Notes under the pieces: model-generated
Told to the model about the DNA's origin: nothing
Seen by the model: only the letters and a program-made list of their open reading frames with translations
Database searches by the model: none
Made by a program: the position numbers and the translations under genes
Shown here: piece after piece, positions 50,012-60,873 of the stretch
Numbering within the stretch: the stretch's first letter is position 1
Layout of the letters: every line of letters begins with the position of its first letter
Assembly: GCA_000004985.1 (NCBI GenBank)
Contig: GG738891.1
DNA length: 64,000 bases
Strand: one strand, 5' to 3'
Source: Naegleria gruberi
Lineage: Eukaryota

Positions 50012-50578
50012 ATGGAGAGAAATGTCGTGATGATTGCCCAACTGGGCCTCATTGCAATTTTATTCTTTAGTTTTGTGAGTGCGGAACTTGAATGTGATTG
50101 TGAGAAGATGTTTGCTCCAGTTAGATTACCTGCTAAGCATAATGACACAGAATGTGAGCAGTGGGGTTATCTTCCTTCAACATCGAATGGAACACTTCTT
50201 GTAAATCATACATTGAATCAAAATATAACTTGGTCAAGCAATTCAACAGAATCACAAAATAATTCAACAACTTCATCATCGAAAATACCTACCATACCTG
50301 CCAATAATAATAACTCAACAAGATCGAAAACAGAGGGAAATACTACTCTTGTAGAAACAATGGATCAAGTTCTCAATGGAAAAGGGAAACAAGCTCAAGC
50401 TGGAGTTGCAACAGATAAAGGAGCTGATCCAGGGATGATTGCAGGTATTGTAATTGGATGTATTGCTGCTTTAGTCATCCTGGTGATATTTACATTAATG
50501 ATTATAGGAGTGATTATATTCAAATCCAAGTACAAGACTGCCTATTACTTTGTCCATGATGTCAGTGGTAAGAAGAGT
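50012..50578 (+). CDS. Type I membrane glycoprotein-like protein, exon 1 (signal peptide, N-glycosylation-rich ectodomain, TM).
   Basis: acaATGgag start. Signal peptide MIAQLGLIAILFFSFVSA. Many N.S/T sites. TM segment MIAGIVIGCIAALVILVIFTLMIIGVIIF. GTAAGT donor at 50579. Confidence 0.5.
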
Positions 50579-50650
50579 GTAAGTATCAGACCCTTTTTAA
50601 TCTTTATTCTTAAATGATTTATTTTCAATTATTTTAAATTACTGAAATAG

Positions 50651-50829
50651 TTTGCTGATGAAACAGCAGATATTATGAGAGAAACAGAAGAAGAATTCTC
50701 AAGTCATTTCACAGAGAGAAATGATAATGAGAGTGACACTAATAGTGAAAGAGGAATCGATTTGGGTGAAATGTCTGATGATGAAATTAGTGAAATTGTT
50801 GACTTTTCTAATGACAAGTTTGAATATTA
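50651..50829 (+). CDS. Type I membrane protein, exon 2 (acidic cytoplasmic tail).
   Basis: Acceptor ...gaaatAG at 50649-50650, phase 0. The exon FADETADIMRETEEEFSS...DDEISEIVDFSNDKFEY ends in a TAA. Confidence 0.45.
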
Positions 50830-50849
50830 ACTTATAAATCTCAATTTGT

Positions 50850-52292
50850 TTATAAATTATTTGAATCTGAAATTAAAAGTGGAGAAATATTATCCATTAT
50901 GGATTCGATTGATTCTAAAGATTTCTTCAATTCTTTTGAATCTTTCATTTTCCTTTTGAGATTGAGATGTTTTTCTCTCATCACTTCCAGTTTTTCCTTC
51001 AGTTTTGCAATCTTTTCCTCGTTTTGTTGAGATGACTTTTTCAGTTGATCATTTTCTGATTGTTGAGAAGAGAGCTCACTCATCAAGTCTCGTATCATGG
51101 TTTGGTCTTCTCTACTTTCTCTACTTTCTGTTGTGTTAGTATTGCTAGTGTTGAAATTTTGTTGTTGGGAAATGATTGGTTTTGTTGGACTAGCTTTAGA
51201 TGCTGGTTGGTAGTCTCTAAATTCAGTTCCACTCCTCAGTTTAACAATGGAGCATGAAAAAGTATTGTACAATTCTGAAAGTCCCTTATTGGACGAAGTT
51301 TCATCAAAATCCATGAATGGGAAGAGCCACTTTTTCAAAACAACGGCCATTGACTGAAGACTTCTCGTAAAGATAACACTCGCACCATGAGGAAGATCAT
51401 CAGTCTCCCTAGGATGTGAATCTGCCAACAAGAACATTCCAGTCTTGAAATTGTAAAAGATCAATACTGTTTCTGGTTGTTTTGTAAATATGGCACATAG
51501 TGGTCTCCTCATTTGATGAGAACAGCTCTCAATTGTTTCCAGAGTTGTGAGAAACGATGGGCCTTTGACTGATTTTTGAATTTCTGGATGCACTAGCTCT
51601 AGATAACTACTCATTCTATTATTGATATTCATTACTTCCTCAAAAGACAAGTTTCCAAGTCGAGGATCTTGCATGCATCCACACTCAATTACCTTGTCAA
51701 TAGTGGTGGGACTCCAAGAGAATGATCTCTCAGAATCCAACACTCCGTTCAACAGTTGAATAGCAAATTCACATGCTATTGAAGTACAAGCATTCTTTCC
51801 CCCAAATGAGTACTGGTCCTTACTACTCACTACAACTGCAATGTGTTCAATCTTTAATCCTGTTGTGGTTGCATCTACATGTCTGTAATGGGTTGAAAAT
51901 AGAGCAAGACTTGCTTGTTTCGAATTGTTTTTTCCACTTTGAGATTCTTCAAATTTCTCACTACAAACACTCGATCCATAAACATGATCTAAAAAGATGG
52001 AATAATTTGTATAGATTTCTCCACAAATTGGGCAAGTGTTTTGTGTTGGAGAGGGAGTTTGTTTTGAGTACATTCCTTGTGATGAGGGTGGTTTGGTTGG
52101 TGAAATTGTTGGAAGTGAGGCTCCCCTACTAAATTGTGACTGTTTGATAGGGGAGATGTGATGAATGGGCGAAGAAGAGTAATCGTACAAATCTGTAGAG
52201 TGTGTAGCATGTCCTGTATCACTAATTCCACTCAAATCCAAATCCGAAGCATGCAGCGATTCAAATGAATCCTTATATGAATTTGATCTCAT
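50850..52292 (-). CDS. Hypothetical protein with a C2H2-like Zn-finger motif (CPICGEIY...H), a central putative Cys-protease-like core (GKNACTSIACEFAIQLL ... HPRETDDLPHGASVIFT) and a C-terminal coiled coil.
   Basis: ATG at 52292. The central segment has a Q/N-x-x-C-[TS]-x-hydrophobic pattern reminiscent of MINDY/ZUFSP-type deubiquitinases. This is weak inference only. Confidence 0.35.
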   Translation of the reverse strand: MRSNSYKDSFESLHASDLDLSGISDTGHATHSTDLYDYSSSPIHHISPIKQSQFSRGASLPTISPTKPPSSQGMYSKQTPSPTQNTCPICGEIYTNYSIFLDHVYGSSVCSEKFEESQSGKNNSKQASLALFSTHYRHVDATTTGLKIEHIAVVVSSKDQYSFGGKNACTSIACEFAIQLLNGVLDSERSFSWSPTTIDKVIECGCMQDPRLGNLSFEEVMNINNRMSSYLELVHPEIQKSVKGPSFLTTLETIESCSHQMRRPLCAIFTKQPETVLIFYNFKTGMFLLADSHPRETDDLPHGASVIFTRSLQSMAVVLKKWLFPFMDFDETSSNKGLSELYNTFSCSIVKLRSGTEFRDYQPASKASPTKPIISQQQNFNTSNTNTTESRESREDQTMIRDLMSELSSQQSENDQLKKSSQQNEEKIAKLKEKLEVMREKHLNLKRKMKDSKELKKSLESIESIMDNISPLLISDSNNL

Positions 52293-52369
52293 CTCCAATT
52301 TTTAAATTCCGATAGAATCAAAATTCTTCAATCAAATCACAATTAAATAGTAGTAATAAATATGAGGTT

Positions 52370-52870
52370 TTCTAAAAGGTCGTGAATAAACCTCTCCGCG
52401 GTATGTTTTCTTATTTTTTTACTAATATTTTTTTGTAGAATTTTTGGCGCCATATTTTTTAAATCTCTTCTCGTGAGGATCATCACTACTTTGTGATATT
52501 AAGCCATCTTTTTCATTGATCAAAATATTAAAATTAATTTTCATCAAAATAATCGCTCTCGAATTCTCAACCATCTTAAAATCCATCTAACTTCATGACA
52601 AAATCCATCTAACCTCATATCGATTCAATTTAATAAAATAGCAATATATAATTCGATAAAAAACATTTTATACCAATAGTGTGATGATTAAAAAAAATTG
52701 GGTTGCAAATTTGCAAAAAATTTTATTTATTGCAAAGTACCAGCATTAACCAATGAATCAGCAACACCCTTCAAGAATGAGTAAGCATTTGGATTCTTGT
52801 GTGGTTCTCCGAATAACCCTACAATGACAGCTGACTTTAAGACAACTCCTGATACTCCTTGCTTCTTTGT
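52370..52870. repeat. Segmental duplication, copy 1 (profilin 3' coding end plus 3' flank).
   Basis: About 500 bp, roughly 90-95% identical in inverse orientation to 60128-60600. Confidence 0.7.
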
Positions 52871-53125
52871 TGAAGAAAAGCCTTGGAAGTTTTCTTCATC
52901 AGCAACCAAACCCATATATTTGACACCACCCAAAGTGATACCAGTAGCAGGGACGGAAGATGGATTAGCAACTTGACCAGCCAAATTCTTGGCTTCTTGA
53001 GCAGTAACAGCCCATCCGTCAGTAACACCCCAGATGGTACCATCTCTACCCATGATAAAACCCTTTTGGATCAAACCATTTGATGGAGCAACGAATTGAG
53101 AGTCAACGAAAGGAGTCCAAGACAT
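52727..53125 (-). CDS. Profilin.
   Basis: 132 aa. MSWTPFVD...GFIMGRDGTIWGVTDGW...LGGVKYMGLVADEE...KSAVIVGLFGEPHKNPNAYSFLKGVADSLVNAGTLQ matches profilin family motifs. Strong GGT/GCT/GTT/CCA codon bias. aaaATGtct start. Confidence 0.85.
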   Translation of the reverse strand: MSWTPFVDSQFVAPSNGLIQKGFIMGRDGTIWGVTDGWAVTAQEAKNLAGQVANPSSVPATGITLGGVKYMGLVADEENFQGFSSTKKQGVSGVVLKSAVIVGLFGEPHKNPNAYSFLKGVADSLVNAGTLQ

Positions 53126-53921
53126 TTTGTTGTTGTATTTTTTTTTATGTTTTAATATTTGATTGATTGGCTTGAATATTTGACGTGTTTTTGCTTGGTT
53201 GACCATAAGCTTGTCAAGTTAAAAACCTGTCCATCAATTAATACAAAATGCTTCCGTCACCAGACAAAACTCGTCAATCTTGAAGATTGTAAAAATAATG
53301 ATTCGATTCCGCGATTAAAAAGCTTAAAATTTTGACAGGTTTTGTCAGTTAGAAAGAAAATGCTTATTGATTGGTTTCACACTACTCACAAGACTGTATT
53401 GAAATAGATTAATTCATTGAAAAGAAAATGTCCAAACTCTAATCAAGTTCCATTCAAGAAATACTATTGAAATTGACCAAGTTCTATATTTTTACAAAAT
53501 ACCAAAAGAGACGAATTGCCCAATCAGTCTATATGCAGGAATTTTATGGATTTGGATAATTGTGTTGAGGTCTAGGATTGTAGACTAGTTGAATAGGATA
53601 CAATGCTGGAAGTGATCATTATTCCTTGATGGGCTGCTTTACAATTTTAAAAAACTTGAGCACTGATAAGGAATGTTGCAATTTTTCATCAACAGAGTAA
53701 TGCAATATTCCCTTCTTGCATTTCCTTTGGCTAATCTTGTAAAAGTTTGAAATGGAACAATACTTTGAATATGAAAGTAATTCCTTGGTGAAAATGGATA
53801 ACAAAAATATGCTTGTTCATATTCAAGGATATCGAATCAAAGGAAAAATAGTCTTACTTAATACTTGGCAATAGACGAGTGTGAGGAAAGGAATGAAATG
53901 TTCCCTTAGGGTCTGTTCAAG

Positions 53922-55114
53922 ATGGACTCAACAATCGGTGAGTTAAAAGAGGAGAATTTGCAATTCTTCTCCCAAATTGTTGTGGATTTTTATCATAAAA
54001 ATCATAAGGCAGTTGTAAAACAAGGCATTGTGACAGATAAAAAGCCAATTGTGAAATCTTTTAATTTGGATAAGAGTGCAATTAATTATTTAGTATTTCT
54101 TTGTAGAAATTCAATACGATTTGGAACACCCTTGGGTTAATCAAATCAGTGCTCAGAATTTACCTCAATCAGTGTTTGTCAAGTCATTGCCAAGAAGAAT
54201 TAGAGGAAGAATTGTCAGGTTTTGTTGTATTGATCATTACTGTTTTTTCTCTCAAATCCTCAGTAATGATTATTGATCATCATTTACATAAAAAAGTAAT
54301 GATCATATTATGAGAGGAAAGTATCATTTCAGAGGATATTCTCCAAAGACTATTACCAAAGAAGAAAAGTTTAAAACTGTGGAAACTATTGCCAAGCTTC
54401 ATGCTTCTGGTATGGCTTATTTCAGATCACTTCCAGAGAAAGAAAGGCAATACAAGATTGACCAATTAGATAGAAAGGCACCAGTATTTTGCAAGAATAC
54501 ACAAAACACACCAGACCTTATCATGTTGATTCCACAAATTTGCTTCTGGTAAAATGGTTGACAATGATATTCATCCTGAAATTATTGAACTTGCTAAACA
54601 ATTCTTCCAATCTTCAGTTATCAATGCCAAGTTAAAGTTATGTGAGGGAGCAGAGGAAATGCTTTCATTCGTTCACAGAGATTTACATTTCAATAATATT
54701 ATTCAATTCGACCATGTCAGTGTTAAACTCGTTGATTGGCAATGCTGTGGATTGGGTAATCCTCTATTTGATGTATTTTACATGATATGTTTCACATCTG
54801 ATTTGAATACAGTTGAATCTGTCGAGAAGGAATATTTGGACAATTACTATATTTGCATTTGCAAGGAATTGGAGCAATGAGGACTTTCCAAACCAAAACA
54901 ATTAGAAAATTATGAAAATTATTTGGAATTCTACAAGAATGCCATGCTTAGTTTCTTCACTTGGTGTCTTGCCATCCAACTCATTTCAACTCAAAGCAAG
55001 GACAAGAATACTGAACTTGGTATTTCTGCCATAAATTTCCTCCAATCAGGAGCTCATCTCCTATTAAAGTATGGTAATTTAAAGAAGAGAGTTAATAAAA
55101 TTCTCAGCCAATAA
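53922..55114 (+). CDS. EcKinase/choline-ethanolamine kinase-like (APH-fold) phosphotransferase. It is fragmented across four ORFs by frameshifts or unresolved short introns.
   Basis: SVFVKSLP (beta3 Lys region), FVHRDLHFNNIIQFD (catalytic-loop H.D....N) and VKLVDWQ (the DFG-equivalent metal-binding motif) appear in consecutive ORFs at 54140-54880. There are frame changes at about 54140, 54310 and 54553. Confidence 0.45.
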
Positions 55115-55207
55115 TGATGAGAAATAACACTAAGGTTGTTTGAATTATCATCTCTGATTATTATTTTAAATTGTGATGAATTTTAATTTTTTTTAATTAA
55201 TAAAAAA

Positions 55208-55511
55208 ATGATTACCAACAATAATGCAGTTTCGGAGGTGACCATTTCATCTTCATCATCACCAGAAGAACATGGTTTTGTTATTAACAAGACTCAAGAA
55301 TTTCTGAAGAGTAAAGGATTTGGGTGGTTGATGGAAGTGGATTCGTCATCAGATAGTAAGGAAAATATTTTGGGAGGAGAATCGGTTGAACAACCATCAA
55401 TTTTAGAAGAATTGGATATTGATGTGGCCGAAATTATATTCAAAGTCAAGAGAGTAATTGTACCTTTTGGAAAATTTAGTAGTGAAGATTTGGAAAAATT
55501 GAGAGAACCAG
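55208..55511 (+). CDS. Yip1 domain family protein, exon 1.
   Basis: aaaaaaATGatt start. PSILEELDIDVAEI...VIVPFGK matches the Yip1 family N-terminal cytoplasmic region. GTAAGA donor at 55512. Confidence 0.6.
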
Positions 55512-55606
55512 GTAAGAGGATCAAATCGATCATTCTCACAATAATTTTCTCATCAATTATATTTAAATATAATTAATAATAATTTAATGATTGAAATAAT
55601 ATTTAG

Positions 55607-56058
55607 ATTTTTGGGGACCATTCTTTATAATTTTAGCTTATGCCTTCCTTGTGGAATTAACTTATTTACAACTTAAAGTCATTACTTGGATGTATTTGAT
55701 TTGGTTTATTGGATCTGCATTGCTTTTTGCACTTGGTAGATTATTCACTCCAGCAAATATTGAAGAAGCCAGATCACTTAAAAAGCTCAAGATGAATCAA
55801 GAAGGTTTCCAACCAATTGGAACATCAGATAATGCCCAATTTCCTTCTAGTGACAATGATGCTCCACAAATTTCTGAAGAAGAACAAAAGATTATTGATG
55901 TTCACTATGGACAAGTCATGTCATTTGTTGGATATTCCCTGATACCTCATGTTGCCATTCTCGTAGTTTTACTTCTTTTCAGACTTATTTTCGATCCTAT
56001 ATTATTCTCTTTAGTCTCACTTATTTTGAACTTGTGCTCAATTGCTTGGTCTACAGTG
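55607..56058 (+). CDS. Yip1 family protein, exon 2 (multi-TM core).
   Basis: The acceptor at 55605-55606 gives G+AT=Asp, producing ...EPGDFWGPFF (the Yip1 D[LF].GP motif). Several TM helices. GTAAGT donor at 56059. Confidence 0.6.
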
Positions 56059-56128
56059 GTAAGTTTAATTTTCAGAATTCATTTAGCCTTATTCTAATTT
56101 CAATAGTCTTGTGTTTATTTATTCACAG

Positions 56129-56167
56129 CTGATAATTATTATCTGGAAAAGAAGAAGAAACTCTTGA
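56129..56167 (+). CDS. Yip1 family protein, exon 3 (short C-terminal segment LIIIIWKRRRNS*).
   Basis: Acceptor ttcacAG at 56127-56128, phase 0, TGA at 56165-56167. Confidence 0.45.
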   Translation: MIIIIWKRRRNS

Positions 56168-56351
56168 TTGTTCCAATCTTGTTATTATATTTATACTTTT
56201 TCTCCATGCAATCAGGTGTTTAAATCTTTACATTCAATTAAATAATTAAATAATATTTTATTATTTCAAATCACATTGGACATTGGATATCCAAATTGTT
56301 CATTGTAAAATGTTAAAATATCCAATTTTTGATGGAAACACAAATTAAAAA

Positions 56352-57965
56352 ATGGCAAGAAAACGATTGCACACTTCCGAACATGATGACGAGGAAGAGA
56401 ATCAACTTGTTGATCAAGAAATAATTGATGAAGAACAAGAAGAGGAAACAAAACATGATGATAAAGATATTATGGAAGATGATGAAGCACAAGATGAAAA
56501 TGATGGAGAACTTGATTTTGTCTACTCTGCTTCCGATGTTTTCACCAAACCAAAAAAGAAAAAGAAACACTCACATAGTGATGGATGCTGTGTTGTTAGG
56601 GATATTGTCAATGTTGATATTTCAAAGGCTGGTTCTTTTGGTAGAATTTCAGAGTTGGCCTTCTCCTATATTTTGTTATATACGCACACAAAAGATACAA
56701 CCAATTTGGCCTCTGTTTGTAAATGGACTTATTCAGTATTCTTATCTCTTAGATCATACAGTTTGAATAACATTCGTTTGGAGTATTTGAATGGCAGATG
56801 TCAACAGTACAAGACTTTGAATAGTTTGTTTAAAGTAGATAACATGAATAGAATGACTGGCTTTATGAAATATTTACCAAACTTTGAACCTGTTGATATT
56901 ATGAATGATGACATTACTTTAAAGCTTCCAAACAAGTTTACCAAGAGAAGAAATGTTCTCATTGATCTGTATAATGATTTTACTGCAGAGGAGAAGAGTG
57001 ATGCGAGTCCTGTGAAGAGAGATTTTCATTTTGATAGGATGAATCATTTAAAGTGGGAAACCTCTTTTCCAGAAAACATTGAAGAATTCCAATCTGTAGT
57101 GTCAGAAAATGCTGAACTTGGAAAGCACTTGTTGGACTGTTTGTGGGAAAATAACAAGGAGAATAGGGAGAAATTCATTATCGCTGGTGGTTTTGTTCTT
57201 TCATGTTTAACATCTAATACGCATTCATCTGATATTGATGTATTCTGTATTCAAAATGGAGAATCCAAAGAAAATTGCCACATGTCATTGAGAAGGATTT
57301 TATTCAAGTTTGGAGAATTAGCCAAGAAACACAAGTTTAATTATGGTATTGTGAAGAATAATGGTTGTATCAATATTTGCTTTGAGAAGAGATCTAAAAT
57401 GATACAATTTATTCTGAGAAGAGTGGACACCATTGAGGAATTAATGACCTTCTTTGATATTGATTGTTGCAGATTTTGTTTTGACGGTGAAAGAGTCTAC
57501 ACAACAAGAGAGGGTATTGCCAGTCTTAATGTCAAGTACAACTTTGTACCAGCAGAGCACAAGGAGAAGGGAATGTACACCTCCAGAGCATACAAATACG
57601 GAATGAGAAACGTGATGACTCTTTTCACAAAAGATCACTCTCTCGATCATTTTCATTCCAGAAAACTCAAACTCGATAGAATTAATGAAGCCCTGGAACA
57701 GAATGATACCGAAGAATCAGAAGTGCTCTTTGGTGATGGTACTGACAAGAAGGATTTTGAAGGATTATATTCTATTTTCAATGACTTTTCACTTTCGTAT
57801 GATATTATCAAATTGGTAAGAGTTGTGGGAGTGAGAAAATTCTTGTCACACAATTGGGAGAACTATTATGGATCAAATTGGGATGGCATATCATACAATC
57901 CTCAAGATTATGAAAACAATGAAGAAGAAGTCAAGGTTCTTTTGATGAAAAGTTGGAAGCAATGA
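56352..57965 (+). CDS. Hypothetical 537-aa protein with an acidic N-terminus (DEEENQLVDQEIIDEEQEEE).
   Basis: aaaaaATGgca start. Single ORF. No confident domain. The motif FIIAGGFVLSCLTSNTHSSDIDVFC was noted without assignment. Confidence 0.5.
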   Translation: MARKRLHTSEHDDEEENQLVDQEIIDEEQEEETKHDDKDIMEDDEAQDENDGELDFVYSASDVFTKPKKKKKHSHSDGCCVVRDIVNVDISKAGSFGRISELAFSYILLYTHTKDTTNLASVCKWTYSVFLSLRSYSLNNIRLEYLNGRCQQYKTLNSLFKVDNMNRMTGFMKYLPNFEPVDIMNDDITLKLPNKFTKRRNVLIDLYNDFTAEEKSDASPVKRDFHFDRMNHLKWETSFPENIEEFQSVVSENAELGKHLLDCLWENNKENREKFIIAGGFVLSCLTSNTHSSDIDVFCIQNGESKENCHMSLRRILFKFGELAKKHKFNYGIVKNNGCINICFEKRSKMIQFILRRVDTIEELMTFFDIDCCRFCFDGERVYTTREGIASLNVKYNFVPAEHKEKGMYTSRAYKYGMRNVMTLFTKDHSLDHFHSRKLKLDRINEALEQNDTEESEVLFGDGTDKKDFEGLYSIFNDFSLSYDIIKLVRVVGVRKFLSHNWENYYGSNWDGISYNPQDYENNEEEVKVLLMKSWKQ

Positions 57966-58310
57966 TTAGAAAATTAACATTTGAAGATACTCACTACTTT
58001 TGTCTGAGTGCTAGAGAATTATTCTTGAGAGATGCCACTATTTATTACTCTGATTACTATTTTGATTCACATCTTAGAGGAAAGTACAACTTTTGGAAGT
58101 GCTATTGTTGTGGATTCTACAGACATTCGAGAAAACTGAGTTATACCAATGATGGACACGATATGTGCGATACTTGCTCTCTATTTAATAGTAGAATGAG
58201 ATCTTTGAAGAGAGATTTGGTTGGAAAGGTTGCTATTGTGACTGGTGCAAGAATCAAGATTGGTTTTGAGACTGCTCGTGCTCTTTTGAAAAATGGAGCT
58301 ACTGTTATTG
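57962..58310 (+). CDS. Atypical short-chain dehydrogenase/reductase (SDR), exon 1 (Cys-rich N-terminal extension plus Rossmann TGxxxGxG).
   Basis: The ATG at 57962 overlaps the TGA of the upstream gene (ATGA). CYCCGFY...CDTC motifs, then GKVAIVTGARIKIGFETARALLKNGATVI. GTATGT donor at 58311. Confidence 0.5.
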
Positions 58311-58356
58311 GTATGTATCAACATTTCATTTGGTATTTTAACATTTTTATTCATAG

Positions 58357-58531
58357 CTACTTCCAGGTTTACTCATGATGCCTATGAAAAGTATGCAGAA
58401 TGTGATGACTTTGAGGATTGGCAATCTCGCCTCTTTATTTATCCATTGAACTTGAAAGATGGTGATTCAATTCTTTCATTCTGTGCCTATGTAAAGAATA
58501 ATTTTTCTAAAATTGACATTCTCATTAACAA
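58357..58531 (+). CDS. SDR, exon 2.
   Basis: 46-nt intron. The exon reads ATSRF...FSKIDILIN, with a GTAAGT donor at 58532. Confidence 0.5.
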
Positions 58532-58585
58532 GTAAGTATTATTCACCTTGACTGAGTTTTGTAAACTAATTATTGATCTATACAG

Positions 58586-59369
58586 TGCTGCTCAAACTGT
58601 GAGAAGACCACTCAAGTATTATGAAAAATTATTGGAGAAAGAAAAGAGTAACTTATCAGAAACTCATCTTGGAGAAATCAAAACCAATGACTCTACCGAG
58701 TTGGTTCTCAAGAATGAAAATAAGAAAATTGTAATTTACAGTGACGAATTATCAATCAAGAACCACTGTCTCAATATTACAGAACATTACAGTTTAACTA
58801 AGGAAGATTTTGATTCCAACCTCCATAGCATGTTTCCTGAGGGAGAAACTGATCAATTTGGTGAACAAAAAGATAATAGAACCCACCACTCTTGGACATA
58901 CTTACTTCCAGAAATTGATGCTATTGAACTATTGGAAACTACAATGATTAACAATATTGCACCAACAATTATTGTCTCTCAACTAATGGACATTATGAAA
59001 CCTAAAGTGGAAGATCTAGAAAATGTAACTGCTGAAGACATTTTGACTGGCAAAAACTCATCCTACATTATCAATGTTGTTTCACATGAAGGTATTTTCA
59101 ATATTGATGGTAAAACAGATGGTCACGTCCACACCAACATGTCCAAAGCTGCTCTCAACATGCTCACCAGAAGTGCCTCAAACTACTATGCCAAGAATGG
59201 AATCTTGATGAATTCATGTGATACTGGTTGGATTTCATCTGCAATCAAAACCTTTATGAAACCACCTCTCACTGTAAAGGATGGTGCCTATAGAATTTTA
59301 TATCCTATTCTCACTTGTTCATTAGATTATGGCAAGTTGTATAAGAATTATCATGAATCCAAGTGGTAG
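58586..59369 (+). CDS. SDR, exon 3.
   Basis: The splice completes IDILINNAAQ (the NNAG motif). Further on come IINVVSHEG and HVHTNMSKAALNMLTRS (the YxxxK region with the Tyr replaced). The exon ends in a TAG. Confidence 0.5.
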
Positions 59370-60127
59370 TAAAAATTGAAAAAAGGATTAAAAATGTTAT
59401 TAATAATGATGACAAGTTTTGAACAGGTTAAGCCTGTTTACAGCAATCCTAAACTTGATATGAATAAATTCATAAAGTATTCAATGCACTTTGAGCTATT
59501 CTGAAATCCGAACAAGAATTGTGGTGAAGTGAAGCTAAGAGAATTCAAATGGATGTTCCAGTAGAAGGTCTCAGTTCACTCAACCCAATTGTCATTGATG
59601 ACGAAGATGATGAAGTAATCAAGCTTTGTTTTTTGAGTATGTGTTTGAAGAGGATCCACTAAAGAAAGGTTCCAGTAAAATTAATATCAAAAGAAAAAAT
59701 CAGATGATTTTCAAGTTCTCATCGGATTGTTGGATTTCATTTTTAGTGGATTCTTCCAAAATCCGTGCTTTCAGTGTGTCTGTTGTATAATTTTTTGCCT
59801 TATTCTTTTTTAAAGTTACTCTTTATTTCTAAAAAAGTTGCACTAGTGCAATTTTTTATAGAGATTCTACCTCAATGTTCTTTTCATCTTGATTGTCTCA
59901 TCCTTCTGGCCATTCCTCGTCCTACTGATCAACCTTAATAATTAGGTAAGTAATGAAATATACTCTTAAGAAAAAGTACTGAAAGAGAGTGGATTCGGAT
60001 CAATTTATATCAACAAGAAGACAGCCAATGAAGGAGCCAAGTCAAAGATGATGTTGTGTAACGACAACATGTTTGTTCCTAACACAGAAGTTAAAAACAA
60101 CTCTCTAGATGTATACAAATGCAGTAG

Positions 60128-60262
60128 CAAGGAGTATCAGGAGTTGTCTTAAAGTCAGCTGTCATTGTAGGGTTATTCGGAGAACCACACAAGAATCCAA
60201 ATGCTTACTCATTCTTGAAGGGTGTTGCTGATTCATTGGTTAATGCTGGTACTTTGCAATAA
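60128..60262 (+). pseudogene. Profilin 3' fragment (last 44 codons ...QGVSGVVLKSAVIVGLFGEPHKNPNAYSFLKGVADSLVNAGTLQ*) within the inverted duplicate.
   Basis: Exact coding match to the profilin C-terminus. No upstream profilin sequence: the breakpoint lies at ...cagtag|caaggagtatc. Confidence 0.6.
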
Positions 60263-60600
60263 ATAAAATTTTTTGCAAATTTGCAACCCAATTTTTTTTA
60301 ATCATCACACTATTGGTATAAAATGTTTTTTATCGAATCATATATTTCTATTTTATTAAATTGAATCGATATGATGTAGTGTGTATTTTGTCATGAGGTT
60401 GGATGGATTTTAAGATGGTTGAGAATTCGAGAGCGATTATTTTGATGAAAATTAATTTTAATATTTTGATCAATGAAAAAGATGATCCGAGAAGAGATTT
60501 AAAAAATATGGCGCCAAAAATTCTACAAAAATTATATAATTAAAAAAAATAAGAAAACATATAGGAGGAGGTTTTAATTCTGTCATGATTAAGAGAACCT
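60128..60600. repeat. Segmental duplication, copy 2 (inverted).
   Basis: The reverse complement of the profilin 3' end and downstream sequence. Several small indels. Confidence 0.7.
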
Positions 60601-60873
60601 TCAAGAACAAGAGGAAGAAGTAAGATATTTGACACAACAATGAAAAACCCAACACTATCGAACTAGTTCACTACCATATCAAACTAAATTTTCATTCCTC
60701 TGGTTACAGAGCTTACTATTTTATACTGCTCACTCAATTTAAGAAACTCTCCGTAACACAAGAAACTATTTGCATGTAACACTACAATTTCTTCACTTCC
60801 TGCTCGTGTGGCAGATTTTATCATCTCTATAATCGTGCGCTGGCTGATTTATTTTCTCTCCACCTTAAAAAAA

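Noticed and set aside
57953-58378. Track ORF starting MEAMIRK at a TTG and reading through into the SDR gene without splicing.
   Set aside because: The alternative-start call overlaps the upstream gene. The real ATG is at 57962, and the GTATGT...AG intron at 58311-58356 restores the SDR motifs.
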